Below, piece by piece: positions 11,626 through 22,564 of a stretch of 64,000 nucleotides of DNA. The DNA is from Macrostomum lignano (Eukaryota): positions 151,147 through 215,146 of the forward strand of contig NIVC01001006.1 of the NCBI GenBank assembly GCA_002269645.1. The letters run 5' to 3'. A program made the translations under genes and the position numbers. The notes beneath the pieces were generated by a model. The model was not told the origin of the DNA, made no database searches, and saw only the letters and a list, made by a program, of their open reading frames with translations. Positions within the stretch are counted from its first letter, which is position 1, and each line of letters starts with the position of its first letter.

Positions 11626-11806
11626 CTAATATTACAATCATATCTTTACTTACAAAAATATTAGGCTAAATATATGATATTATGAATATCATTATTGCCT
11701 GAGTAAGAATTCATCCCAAAAACAAAAAGGCCTAGGGCCTAATACATTCTATATTAAAAGTAAAAATGCACCTGCATGGCTGCATATAAAACTTTTTTTG
11801 GCCTTA

Positions 11807-12283
11807 GGCCATACGCCCATAGTCAGGAAGGTGGCAGAGTGTGCGCCGGAATAAATTTTGGAAGGACAATCTATGCGCCGTCTGTGTGCCATCTGTGCAC
11901 CATCTGTGTGCCATCTGTGCACCGTCTGTGCGCCATTTGTGTGCTGTCTGTGCACTGTCTATGCGCCATCTGTGTGCCGTCTTTTCAATATTTGAAAAAT
12001 GCAAGTTATAATAACAAATAGGCCTATGCAATTTACGACAAATTACAACTTCTACGAATTTAAAGTGTGTACTGTAGCTTATGAGCCAATGTGCGCCGAG
12101 ACCCTTTGTGTACACTGTGCTTCTGTGCCAATGTGTGCTGAGACCCTTTGTGTGTGCTGCGCTTGTGTGCCAATGTGCTCCAAGACCCTTTGTGTGCGCT
12201 GCGCTTGTGCGCCAATATGCGCCAAGACCCTTTGTGTGTGCGGGAATTTTTCCCCTCAGAGGCCAACTTCCTGACTATGGGCC
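11807..12283. mobile_element. PIF/Harbinger-type MITE with internal minisatellites
   Basis: 16-bp perfect inverted repeat GCCCATAGTCAGGAAG (11815-11830) / CTTCCTGACTATGGGC (12267-12282). TTA flanks at 11804-11806 and 12284-12286. The left end has a few extra bases. Internal 11-bp and about 38-bp tandem arrays. Confidence 0.65.
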
Positions 12284-12431
12284 TTAGGGAGCTTTAGTAA
12301 ATTAGTATTGGTGCTAGTATTAGTGTTACCATTGCTATATTTAAAAAAAATCCAACAATAGGCCTATGTATGGCTGTATATTCTTCTGATAAAAAATCCA
12401 CTATTTTATGTATCATTCTTAATCAATTTTT

Positions 12432-12884
12432 GGCAATCCTACAGTTTTCTACTTTTAATTATTTTTCAAAAAATTATGGCATAGCAGGATCAGTGATAGG
12501 TGACTCCTAACAAAGAATGAGCCTGTCCTTATTCTGGCCCTATGTCGCTGACACATCTTGCAGGCTCAACACCAGCCATCGCTAGGGCCTACAGTCAGCA
12601 GCTTCGTAGCAATGTAGGCTCTTAGTGATGTTGCAGTTCTCACACTGCAAAGAGTTCCGGATTAGCCCATAACAACTGAGCTAGCACATTGCCAATTGTG
12701 TGTCTGGTATCAGCAGTACCAGCTCCCGATGACTAATATCCAGGGCAGCCAATGCATTTGCAGGTTCAATTTCTGCAGGTGGGATGACTGTCATTGGTGC
12801 AGGTAGACGACTGGCCATTGGGGCTTAGCTGAAATGCAGAAAAATTTTGAAAAATAATTAAAAGTGGAAAACTGTAGGATCGCC
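12432..12884 (-). mobile_element. Merlin (IS1016-like) DNA transposon deletion derivative (453 bp) with a decayed transposase N-terminus
   Basis: About 44-bp TIRs starting GGC(A/G)ATCCTACAG. 8-bp TSD CAATTTTT at 12424-12431 and 12885-12892. The minus strand from ATG 12818 encodes *L..YGLIRNSLQCENC...*R(W/C)...CKMC...IRTGSFF.RSHLSL, which matches the Merlin zinc-ribbon and GSFF motif. Confidence 0.8.
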
Positions 12885-14486
12885 CAATTTTTTTCTTCCA
12901 TGTGCTTAATATATGAAGTATACCTTAGTTTTATTACATTTTATCTAGTAACCTTACTTTTATATGTTTAATTGTTTTCTTAGAAAATTCAAATAGGTAT
13001 AAAATTTCATAGGCCCTAGTTTGAAAGATTGTCTTTGGCATAAAGTATAATTATCAGTTTTGTAGGTAGACTAGGGCCTAGTCAATAGTTAGTTAATGCA
13101 AGGCAGATGCAATAGATTCATGTTATAACTTAAGCAGCTAGGCCTAAGGCTAATATACTACCAAAATCATGGATAGCCATCTACTTATTATAATTATTGA
13201 TTATAATGCTTTTTTTATTTATAACACTATATATTTACTAGTTTCATTAGTTAGCAATTGACTATCTATTTATTAAAACTTATTAATCTTCCATTAAATC
13301 CTTTATACTATTTATCTTTTGAAACTGAATAGAAACTATAATTTTCAAAAGTAAAAGTAAAAGACTTTAATAAAGTCTACTATTATCAATAAAGATATAA
13401 ACAAAAATATTTTAAGCAGTGTCCCATGACTTGCCAATATGTATACAAAAGGAAATTTGAAAAAAAAGGTTTTTTAGAATGAATAACTTTTACTAGATGC
13501 AATTATATAGAATAAACAGCAAATATAAACTAGCAAAAAATAAATATACTATTTAATTTAAAAAACTTGAAAAATATATATCTGAATTTTATTTGGATAT
13601 TAGTAAGCTCTAACATCTCTTTCAAAAAGATAGTTAAAAAATGTGACATTTCGAAAAAAAGAGCTTTTGAATTTTTTATAAATTTAATAAAATAATGTCT
13701 CATCTAAAAAGTCATTATAAAATGAAAAGCCAATATAATAAACATGTTTTTTAGTTTATAACTAATTTTTTGTATTAGATATATTTAAAATTTTGACTTG
13801 AAGTATATTTTGAATTTTGCTTTCACTTTTTCATTAGGTTAGCTTTGTTGCCACCAGTTAGGAAACAACTTCTATCTCTAAATGTTTGAAAGTAGGGTGA
13901 AACTAGAATAGTGAAGAATATAGATGACATCAACTAATTCATTAAATTTTTTGATATTTTGTTGTGCAATTATATGAAAGTTGGTTTTAAATTATTTTTT
14001 TTAAAATAGGGTAAGTTAATTTAAGCTTAATCTAGATATTTACTAGACTTGCTGCAACAAAGTAACTGAAAAGTTATTAAAATGTATACTATTTTGATAT
14101 CCAAATTATGACTCATTTTAATTAGTGCCATTGGATTGATTTTGGTTTTGTTTTAATTTCTCCTATACTTTTTATATGATTAAAACAAATATATTATCAC
14201 TATTTAAACTCTAGCATTTTGATTGCTAGTGAAACATTTGAATAATATGATTTATCAGTTTTTTGTAAAGTATGAAGGTATAAAAAGTATTAAAATAACC
14301 AAAAGTTGTGAGCTTAGTCAGCTGATCCTGACAACTGAGCCAGGACTACATCCACCAATGCATGCCCAAAATTATGCAATTGCGACGTTAAATACTAAGA
14401 CTCGCTTCATATTCTTTTCTGGCTACTGTTTAGTAGGCAATCTCTTCTTTTCAATTCAGTCTCAGCCACAGCGGAATCTTCGCAGA

Positions 14487-17400
14487 ATGTCCGCCTCGTC
14501 CGCCTCCGGCTCTGCCGCTGCCGCCAGTGCCGGCGGGACCGGCGCCGCCTCTTCCTCGGCTTCGTCCGCCTCAACCAGGCGGAAGCGCGGCCGCCGCTCC
14601 GGCCACGGCCAGCAGCAGCTGCAGCAGCGGGCGAGCAAGCGGCCGCGCCTGCAGGACGAGGAGTTGAGCCGTGGCAGCGGCGGCTACTGCTCCGAGGACG
14701 TCGGCGCCCTCGCCGACGCCGATGACGCGGTGAACAGCAGCGGCGGCAGTCTGGACGATCTGGCCGCCAAGGCGGAGCTGTTCCTCGGCGGCGGTGCCGG
14801 CCCCAGTAGTGGCGTCGGCGGCTCCAGCGGCGCCTGCGGTGTGACGACCCGGGCTCGAATCCGTGAGTCGGCGGCCCTGGCTATGGCCGAGGCGCTCCGG
14901 CTGCGACCGAAATCGTTCGACCACCTGCCGCCGGAGGTGTACTGCCGCATCCTGCAGTACCTGTCCGTGGTGGAGCTGCTGCGGGTGACGGCGGTCAATC
15001 GGCAGTTCCGCGCGGCGGTCACGAAGCACCTGCGGCTCACCAAGCGGATCAACTTCTGCAGCGGCCTGCCGTTCACCTTCCTGTCCGAGCGGCTGGACGA
15101 TGCCACGCTGAGCTCCGTGCTGGCACTCTGCCCTGAGGTGACGCACATCCTGGGATTTTATCCCCGCCGGATTCTGCACCGGGCCCAGGTTGGCGGCAGG
15201 CGCGCCCTGACCTACGCCGGCATCCTGCAGGCGCTGAAGCAGTGCAAGAAGCTCAAGTCCATCGAGATCATGGACGTCGACCTGATGTCGCGCATCTTCG
15301 CCACTTTTCCCCGGGTCAAATTTCACGGCATGTTTCGCAATCGGCCCGACGTCTGGGACTGCGAGCGCGCTTACGAGGGACCGAGCCCGCTGCCCGGCAG
15401 CGCCAGCAAGCTGCTGCTTAATCCTCATATTAATAGCCTCACCAAGGTGCTTCTATGGTGTTAGGGTTGCTTAGGGTGCACCCGCTTAGCATACGCCTGA
15501 TCAGAGTACATCCACATTGTAATGAGGGGGTGCAGATTAGAAAAGGGGGGGGATTGAGTGCGCGACTGAGGAAAGAGGCGAGATTGAGCAGCCAATCAGA
15601 AGGCAGCGAAGTAGAGAGAAATAAGAATAACAAGACTGAACAGAGAGGGTGAGAAAACCGAGTAAACAGAGACGAGTGCAGATGAACTGAAGATATTGAC
15701 TAGGAAAGTTGCAATCCGTCTAAAACACACCCATTTAAAGTACATCCGCTCAAAGTACATCAGTTTAAAGTACATCCGCTCAAAGTACATCAGCTTAAAG
15801 TACTCCTGCTCAAAGTACACCCACTTAAGTTTTGCATCTGAAGATCAACTGTTGATAGACGAATTAAAAGCATTTTCATTCTCGCTCAATTCCTCAGGTG
15901 GACTTGCAGTGCGTGTGCCTGAACGCCCTGCCCAAGATGGACTGCGTCCGCTACCTGTACCTGAAGTGGGTCCGCTTCTCCGGCAACGATCCGTTCGGCA
16001 ACTTCAGCGCCCCCAAACTGCAGACCTTCGTGATGAACAACTGCGCCGGGCCCAGCAACGCCTTCCGCTACCTGCGGGTGTTCACCGCGGTTGCCAGGGC
16101 GCAGCAGCTGGCCCGCCTGGAGCTGGTCGGCCTGCGCTTCATCGGCGGCCTAGTTGAGCACATTGTCGACGAGATGAACGGCGAGTCAAGGAGTTTCCGA
16201 ACTATGCAGAAACTGGTGCTGGCTGGCAACAAGGCCATCACGGAAATTGATGCCGGCTACTTCCTGCTGGCCTCCTCCGCCTGTCTCGGCTGCGTCTGCC
16301 TGCAGAGCAGTCTGTGCAAGGACTCCCTGTTTGTGGCCCTGTGCCACTCCCAGCCCGTCTTTCCTAAACTGGACACCCTGGTGCTCGGCTACAGGGACCC
16401 CTGTCCGGATGTGGACAGGTAATTGCGCTTTCTGATTGCTTGTTGCCAGCACATGCATTCCTCTGTTGATGGCACATTTTACCCTCCTATTCACTTCTCT
16501 TCTCTACCGTCTGCATCTCCTCCCTCCCTTGTCTCCTCTATGCTTTCTTCCCCTCTCCTGTCTTCTCTCTGCCCTCCTCCCCTCATGTCTCCTCCTCACT
16601 GCCCTCCCCCTCCCCTGTCTTCTCTCTGCCCTCCTCCCCTCATGTCTCCTCATCACTGCCCTCCCCCTCCCCTGTCTTCTCTCTTCCCTCCTCCCCTCAT
16701 GTCTCCTCCTCTCTGCCCTCCTCCCCCTCTCCTGTCTTCTCTCTGCCCTCCTCCCCTCCCATGTCTTCTCCTCTCTGCCCTTTCCTCCTCCCATGTCTTC
16801 TCCTCTCTGCCCTCCCCTCCTCCCATGTCTTCTCCTCACTGCCCTCCCCTCCCCTGTCTTCTCTCTGCCCTCCTCCCCTCATGTCTCCTCATCACTGCCC
16901 TCCCTGTCTTCTCTCTTCCCTCCTCCCCTCATGTCTCCTCCTCTCTGCCCCTCCCCTCTCCTGTCTTCTCTCTGCCCTCCTCCCCTCCCATGTCTTCTCC
17001 TCTCTGCCCTTTCCTCCTCCCATGTCTTCTCCTCTCTGCCCTCCCCTCCTCCCATGTCTTCTCCTCACTGCCCTCCCCCTCCCCTGTCTTCTCTCTGCCC
17101 TCCCCTCCTCCCATGTCTTCTCCTCTCTGCCCTCCCCTCCTCCCATGTCTTCTCCTCTCTGCCCTCCCCTCCTCCCATGTCTTCTCCTCTCTGCCCTCCC
17201 CTCCTCCCATGTCTTCTCCTCACTGCCCTCCCCTCCCCTGTCTTCTCTCTGCCCTCCCCTCCTCCCATGTCTTCTCCTCTCTGCCCTCCCCTCCTCCCAT
17301 GTCTTCTCCTCTCTGCCCTCCCCTCCTCCCATGTCTTCTCCTCTCTGCCCTCCCCTCCTCCCATGTCTTCTCCTCACTGCCCTCCCCTCCCCTGTCTTCT

Positions 17401-20400
17401 CTCTGCCCTCCCTCCTCCCATGTCTTCTCCTCTCTGCCCTCCCCTCCTCCCATGTCTTCTCTCTCTGCCCTCCCCTCCTCCCATGTCTTCTCCTCTCTGC
17501 CCTCCCCTCCTCCCATGTCTTCTCCTCTCTGCCCTCCCTCCTCCTGTCTTCTCCTCTCTGCCCTCCCCTCCTCCCATGTCTTCTCTCTGCCCTCCCTCCT
17601 CCCATGTCTTCTCTCTGCCCTCCCCTCCTCCCATGTCTTCTCTCTGCCCTCCCCTCCTCCCATGTCTCCTCTCTGCCCTCCCCTCCTCCCATGTCTTCTC
17701 TCTGCCCTCCCCTCCTCCCATGTCTTCTCTCTGCCCTCCCCTCCTCCCATGTCTTCTCTCTGCCCTCCCTCCTCCCATGTCTCCTCTCTGCCCTCCCTCC
17801 TCCCATGTCTTCTCTCTGCCCTCCCCTCCTCCCATGTCTTCTCTCTGCCCTCCCCCTCCCCTGTCTTCTCTCTGCCCTCCTCCCCTCCCACGCATAGGAA
17901 TCGCGTCCGCATTCAAAACCCCAATGCCACACAGCTCGAGTACTGACTCTAGTGAGCGCTAACTGTCCCACTCCTCCCCATCCAGATCCCCATTCAGCGT
18001 GGAGCCGTCCGAGTATCCCTGCCTGATGACCGACTACGGCATGGCCTACGTTGGCCGCTGCTTCCGCCGGCTGGCCAGCCTCACCGTGTCCAGGGCGCCC
18101 TTCCTGACCGACCCGATGCGCTGGCTGGACCAGCCGATGCCGCTGTTCGAGGCCCTGCGCTGCCTCACCCTGGAGAAATGCCCCTGCATCAACCCCAACC
18201 GCCTGGGCGCCCTCATCATCCAGCTGCCCAACCTGGAGATGCTCGTGCTGCGCGACATGTTCGACCCGGCGCCGCGGGGCTGCGGCTTCCTCGGCCTCGC
18301 CGCCGGCCAGCAGTGGGGCATCTTCCCGCAGAGCGCGCCCACCCACGACTCCGTTCAGGGCTTCTTCGTGGCCAACCCGCCAGCCGGCCGCCTGCTGGCC
18401 GCCTTCCCCTACTTCCGCAACCGCCTGTTCGGACATCCGCCCGACGATATCGCTGCCGCGGCGGCCGCCGCCATGCAGCTGCAGCATCAGCATCATCACC
18501 ACCTGCACCAGCAGCACCTGCAGCCTCCGGCCTCGCCACCGCCCCCGCCGCCGCCGCCTGCGCCGCCCGTGCAGAATTCCCAGCAGCAGTCGGGCTCTTC
18601 CGCAACTTCAGCCGTCTCCTTCTACAGCCGCGGCGTCCAGACCTCCGTGCTGCCGCCCGAGGCTCCACCAGAGTCCAGCCAGCCCGCGCCGCCCCACCCC
18701 GCCGACGACCCGCATCCGGCCCGCCCGGCTTCCCCGCCGCCGCCTCCCCCGTCGTTCGGCGCTGCCGGCAACGGGCAAATCAGCGACGACCAGCCGGAGC
18801 CGACGTTTCAGCCAGACCAGCGCGACTTCTGGATGGCCCGCGACGTCTGTCTGGACACCCACGACCTTCGCATGCTGGAGCCCGAGGAGCCCGTCTGCCT
18901 CACCCTGCGCTCCGCCACGCTGCACGCTGTTCACCTGGAGCGTTGCGGCCTCACGTCACTGGTCTGCGCCGCCCCCAGGCTCCGCACCCTCACCACCGAG
19001 GCCTGTCCGCGGCTGCGCGACTTCCACCTGCACGCCAGCCGCTGCCTTCGCCGGGTCCGTGTGGTGGCCTGCGCCGCCTTCAATTACCGCCGGTTCTATC
19101 GCCAGCTGGCTGAGCTCATGGCCTCCAGGCGTGTCGATCAGCGCGAGTCCGGCGCACGACAGTCTGAACGTCTGCTTCCGGCCGCTGGGCGAGTACGACC
19201 CGCTGGCCGAGCGGCTGCTGCTCCAGCTGCCCGGCGCCCACCTGCTGCTCACGCACGATTTCAAGGTGAGAATGCGGGCTGGTCGTTTTTGAAGCTTTAG
19301 TTTACCCAGCATTAGGTCAGGGGTCATATATTTAGCTAAATTTACCCAGCATGAGGTCAGAGGTCATATATTTAGCTAAGTTTACCCAGCATGAGGTCAG
19401 GGGTCATATATTTAGCTAAGTTTACCCAGCATGAGGTCAGGGGTCATATATTTAGCTAAGTTTACCCAGCATGAGGTCAGGGGTCATATATTTAGCTAAG
19501 TTTACCCAGCATTAGGTCAGGGGTCATATATTTAGCTAAGTTTACCCAGCATGAGGTCAGGGGTCATATATTTAGCTAAGTTTACCCAGCATGAGGTCAG
19601 GGGTCATATATTTAGCTAAGTTTACCCAGCATGAGGTCAGGGGTCATATATTTAGCTAAATTTACCCAGCATTAGGTCAGGGGTCATATATTTAGCTAAG
19701 TTTACCCAGCATGAGGTCAGGGGTCATATATTTAGCTAAGTTTACCCAGCATGAGGTCAGGGGTCATATATTTAGCTAAATTTACCCAGCATTAGGTCAG
19801 GGGTCATATATTTAGCTAAGTTTACCCAGCATGAGGTCAGGGGTCATATATTTAGCTAAGTTTACCCAGCATGAGGTCAGGGGTCATATATTTAGCTAAG
19901 TTTACCCAGCATTAGGTCAGGGGTCATATATTTAGCTAAGTTTACCCAGCATGAGGTCAGGGGTCATATATTTAGCTAAGTTTACCCAGCATGAGGTCAG
20001 GGGTCATATATTTAGCTAAGTTTACCCAGCATGAGGTCAGGGGTCATATATTTAGCTAAGTTTACCCAGCATTAGGTCAGGGGTCATATGACACTCATTG
20101 GCCTATTTTTACTTGGGGAGGGGTGGGGCAGCTGACCCCTTTGCCTTGACCTGCCCCTTACTCCATCATAGTATTAATGCTAGGGGACAGCAGCTGTCTT
20201 TTCAGCATCCCCCATTCCGCGGTGCTTGCATCTATAGTAGGTGTAAACAGAAATTTTCGTCTTCAAGTACTGCTAGTAGTTAACTAACTAGATGGCGAGG
20301 TACATTTACTATTACACACGCCGTTTACCCATTTTTCGTGTACTGTGTGCGGCTGACCTTCATCACCCAGGAGCTCAAGCGCCGCGTTAACCAGCAGTTG

Positions 20401-20852
20401 AACTTTTCACTCCCTACGCATCCCCCTCTCGTGCAACCCCGCAGGGCCGCGACGCGGTGGACCGCGACCTGGACCGCCTGCAGTCGCATTTCCAGCAGAT
20501 CTTCCGCGACATCATGCACTTCGCCGACAACCTCATCCGGCGCGACTACGTGAAGGAGACTCAGCCCAGCGACTCGCCTAGCAACCGGTTCGGGCACGGC
20601 CAGCTATTGCGATTCGAGTCCGGACACTCGGCCGAGGGTCATCCGTACGACCTGCTGACCGACATACCCTGGATTGGCGAGTGCGGAGTGAACCCGTTCC
20701 CCAGCCTCACGGATGACGCGGACCAGCTGTACCAGAGCCTGGTGGAGACTCACGCCCTGGCCTGCTACAAGATGGCCAGCAGGGGGCTGTTCCTGCATGT
20801 GCAGTGCCGGGACCTGCGGGCCGCCCAGCCCGCCGCCGCCAGCGCCACCTAG
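14487..20852 (+). CDS. FBXO38: F-box only protein 38 (MoKA) homolog; 4 exons; one apparent 1-bp frameshift in exon 3
   Basis: Exons 14487-15446, 15898-16418, 17986-19265, 20445-20852 (GT-AG, phases compatible). F-box FDHLPPEVYCRILQYL. Recalled FBXO38 motifs GMFRNR, YLYLKWVR, FVMNNCAGPSN, LVLGY and GHPYDLLTDIPW. Confidence 0.9.
15731..15825. repeat. Short array (about 30-bp unit built on AAGTACATC) in FBXO38 intron 1
   Basis: AAAGTACATCCGCTCAAAGTACATCAG repeated about 3 times. Confidence 0.75.
16500..17890. repeat. C/T-rich minisatellite filling FBXO38 intron 2
   Basis: CTCTCTGCCCTCCCCTCCTCCCATGTCTT variants. Confidence 0.95.
19291..20089. repeat. 40-bp minisatellite x about 20, FBXO38 intron 3
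   Basis: Unit TTTAGCTAAGTTTACCCAGCATGAGGTCAGGGGTCATATA. Confidence 0.97.
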
Positions 20853-21533
20853 ACTCATTTCTAATTACCGATAGTTGTTTGCCATGGACTGCGAATCCAA
20901 GGACCCAGTCCACATCTTATCACTGTTTAATCATCGTTAATTTACTAATCTCTATAATAAAATCATTTTTGGTTAAATCCACGAATTTCTGGGTGGGGGG
21001 TGGCGAAGTGGACAAATCCCACTGGTACACTGGAGTTTCTGTTGATATTCATTTTTGCCATGCCCCAGCCACTCTACTCGTAGTAGTGACGGGGCAGTAG
21101 TATCTGCCGGTCACGCCGGGTTTAACTGAATTGTTTATTTTACTGTGTAGTTTTTGATGTCACACTTTGCTGTTTGCCCCGCGATTACAATTGGTCCCCA
21201 CATGAAGCCTCTGTCGCCTGTCTCCATTTTGATTGATTCTAAGTATTTAATGAGTTGTAATATTCATAATTTGTTATACTTTTTAATTCGATATTGACCT
21301 GTCTGACTATTAATAATACAGTATATATAGTATATTTGACTTCAACTTATTGTTATTAATATTAATTATTTCCTTCCTTATAAGCTGTCATCTCGCCCTC
21401 CCTTTATGCAAATATATTATGCCTGTTTATCGCAACTAGAAAAATCGCATTAAAATTTGAAACCTTGCTCGGAGCTACACACTCAAGACTGCAGTATCCC
21501 CTGCATTGCATACCGAATTCTGTACGCCATACT

Positions 21534-21547
21534 GTAGCCATGGTAAC
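21534..21547. promoter_or_regulatory. RFX X-box candidate GTAGCCATGGTAAC
   Basis: 14/14 match to the RTHNYYWTRRNRAC consensus, about 1 kb upstream of the SDR start codon. Confidence 0.55.
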
Positions 21548-21929
21548 AGTTTGTTTACATCTATAACGCGCGCATCACTGATGAGCCTTTTGTTGGTGAA
21601 TTTGTTTTTGTTATAAATTAATATCGATTTAAACAAATATATACATATAATTATATATATTAATTAATTTGACCTTCGCGGCATCGGCCTCAACAGTTTT
21701 CCTTGGCGCTGCTTCGCTTGTTTTAAAATATCTGTTCGTTCGACTTCGTGTTTTGCTTTGCTTTGAAAGAATTGCTTTTGCCAGATGCATCGCTTGCTGA
21801 TTAGAGATTCAAATTTAATTGCCTGCAATTCAAAATTTACTCAGGAATCAGGATATACTACTGTATATTGCATTAACAAGTAGCCATTATTCTTGAATCG
21901 ATATCAACCTGACTCGAACTCGTTTGACC

Positions 21930-22350
21930 TGCATGAATTGATGACTTGACTTGACCTCATTCAACATCAAACCATCACAACTGACGTCATTTGACCTTGA
22001 GCCACCTGACTCCTATTATCTTGAATCACTTGACCTCAGTTGACCTCACTCCACCAATTTGACCTCACTTCATCCATCTGACCTCCCTTGACCTCACTCC
22101 AGTTGACCTCACTCCACCCATCTGACCTCCCTTGACTTCACTCCAGTTGACCTCACTCCACCCATCTGACCTCCCTTGACCTCCCTTAACCTCACTCCAG
22201 TTGACCTCACTCCACCCATCTGACCTCAATCCAGTTGACCTCACTCCACCCATCTGACCTCCCTTGACCTCAATCCAGTTGACCTCACTCCACCCATCTG
22301 ACCCCCCTTGACCTCAGGCTAGTTGACTTTATTCCACTTGACCTTAAGTT
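21930..22350. repeat. TGACCT-rich degenerate minisatellite upstream of the SDR gene
   Basis: TTGACCTCACTCCACCCATCTGACCTCCC units. Confidence 0.85.
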
Positions 22351-22564
22351 TCGTAAGCAATTTGACCCTAAACGATCTGAACTTGCTTGACCCCAAAGAT
22401 CAGTTTTGCAGGCATCCAACACCAATGCGTTCAAGTAGTCACTCAAAGAAATTCGCTGAGGGCAAATCATTTGCCTGAAACCCGCAGCCAGCCCGCTTTC
22501 AGACCGAGCTCAGCGAGAGTTTAGCAATTTTCTGAAAGCTTATCAGGCCTATCAATCAGCACAG

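Noticed and set aside
14223-14486. N-terminal extension of the FBXO38 ORF from a TTG start
   Set aside because: AT-rich, upstream of a splice acceptor at 14459, with abrupt composition change at ATG 14487.
16423-17962. 500-aa Pro/Ser/Leu-rich ORFs and their antisense Arg/Glu/Gly ORFs
   Set aside because: They are translations of the C/T minisatellite inside a GT-AG intron whose removal restores FBXO38.
19291-20089. CRISPR-like appearance of regular 23-48-bp repeats (here and at 25906, 26755, 55665)
   Set aside because: Units are head-to-tail with no unique spacers, there are no cas genes, and the context is eukaryotic introns.
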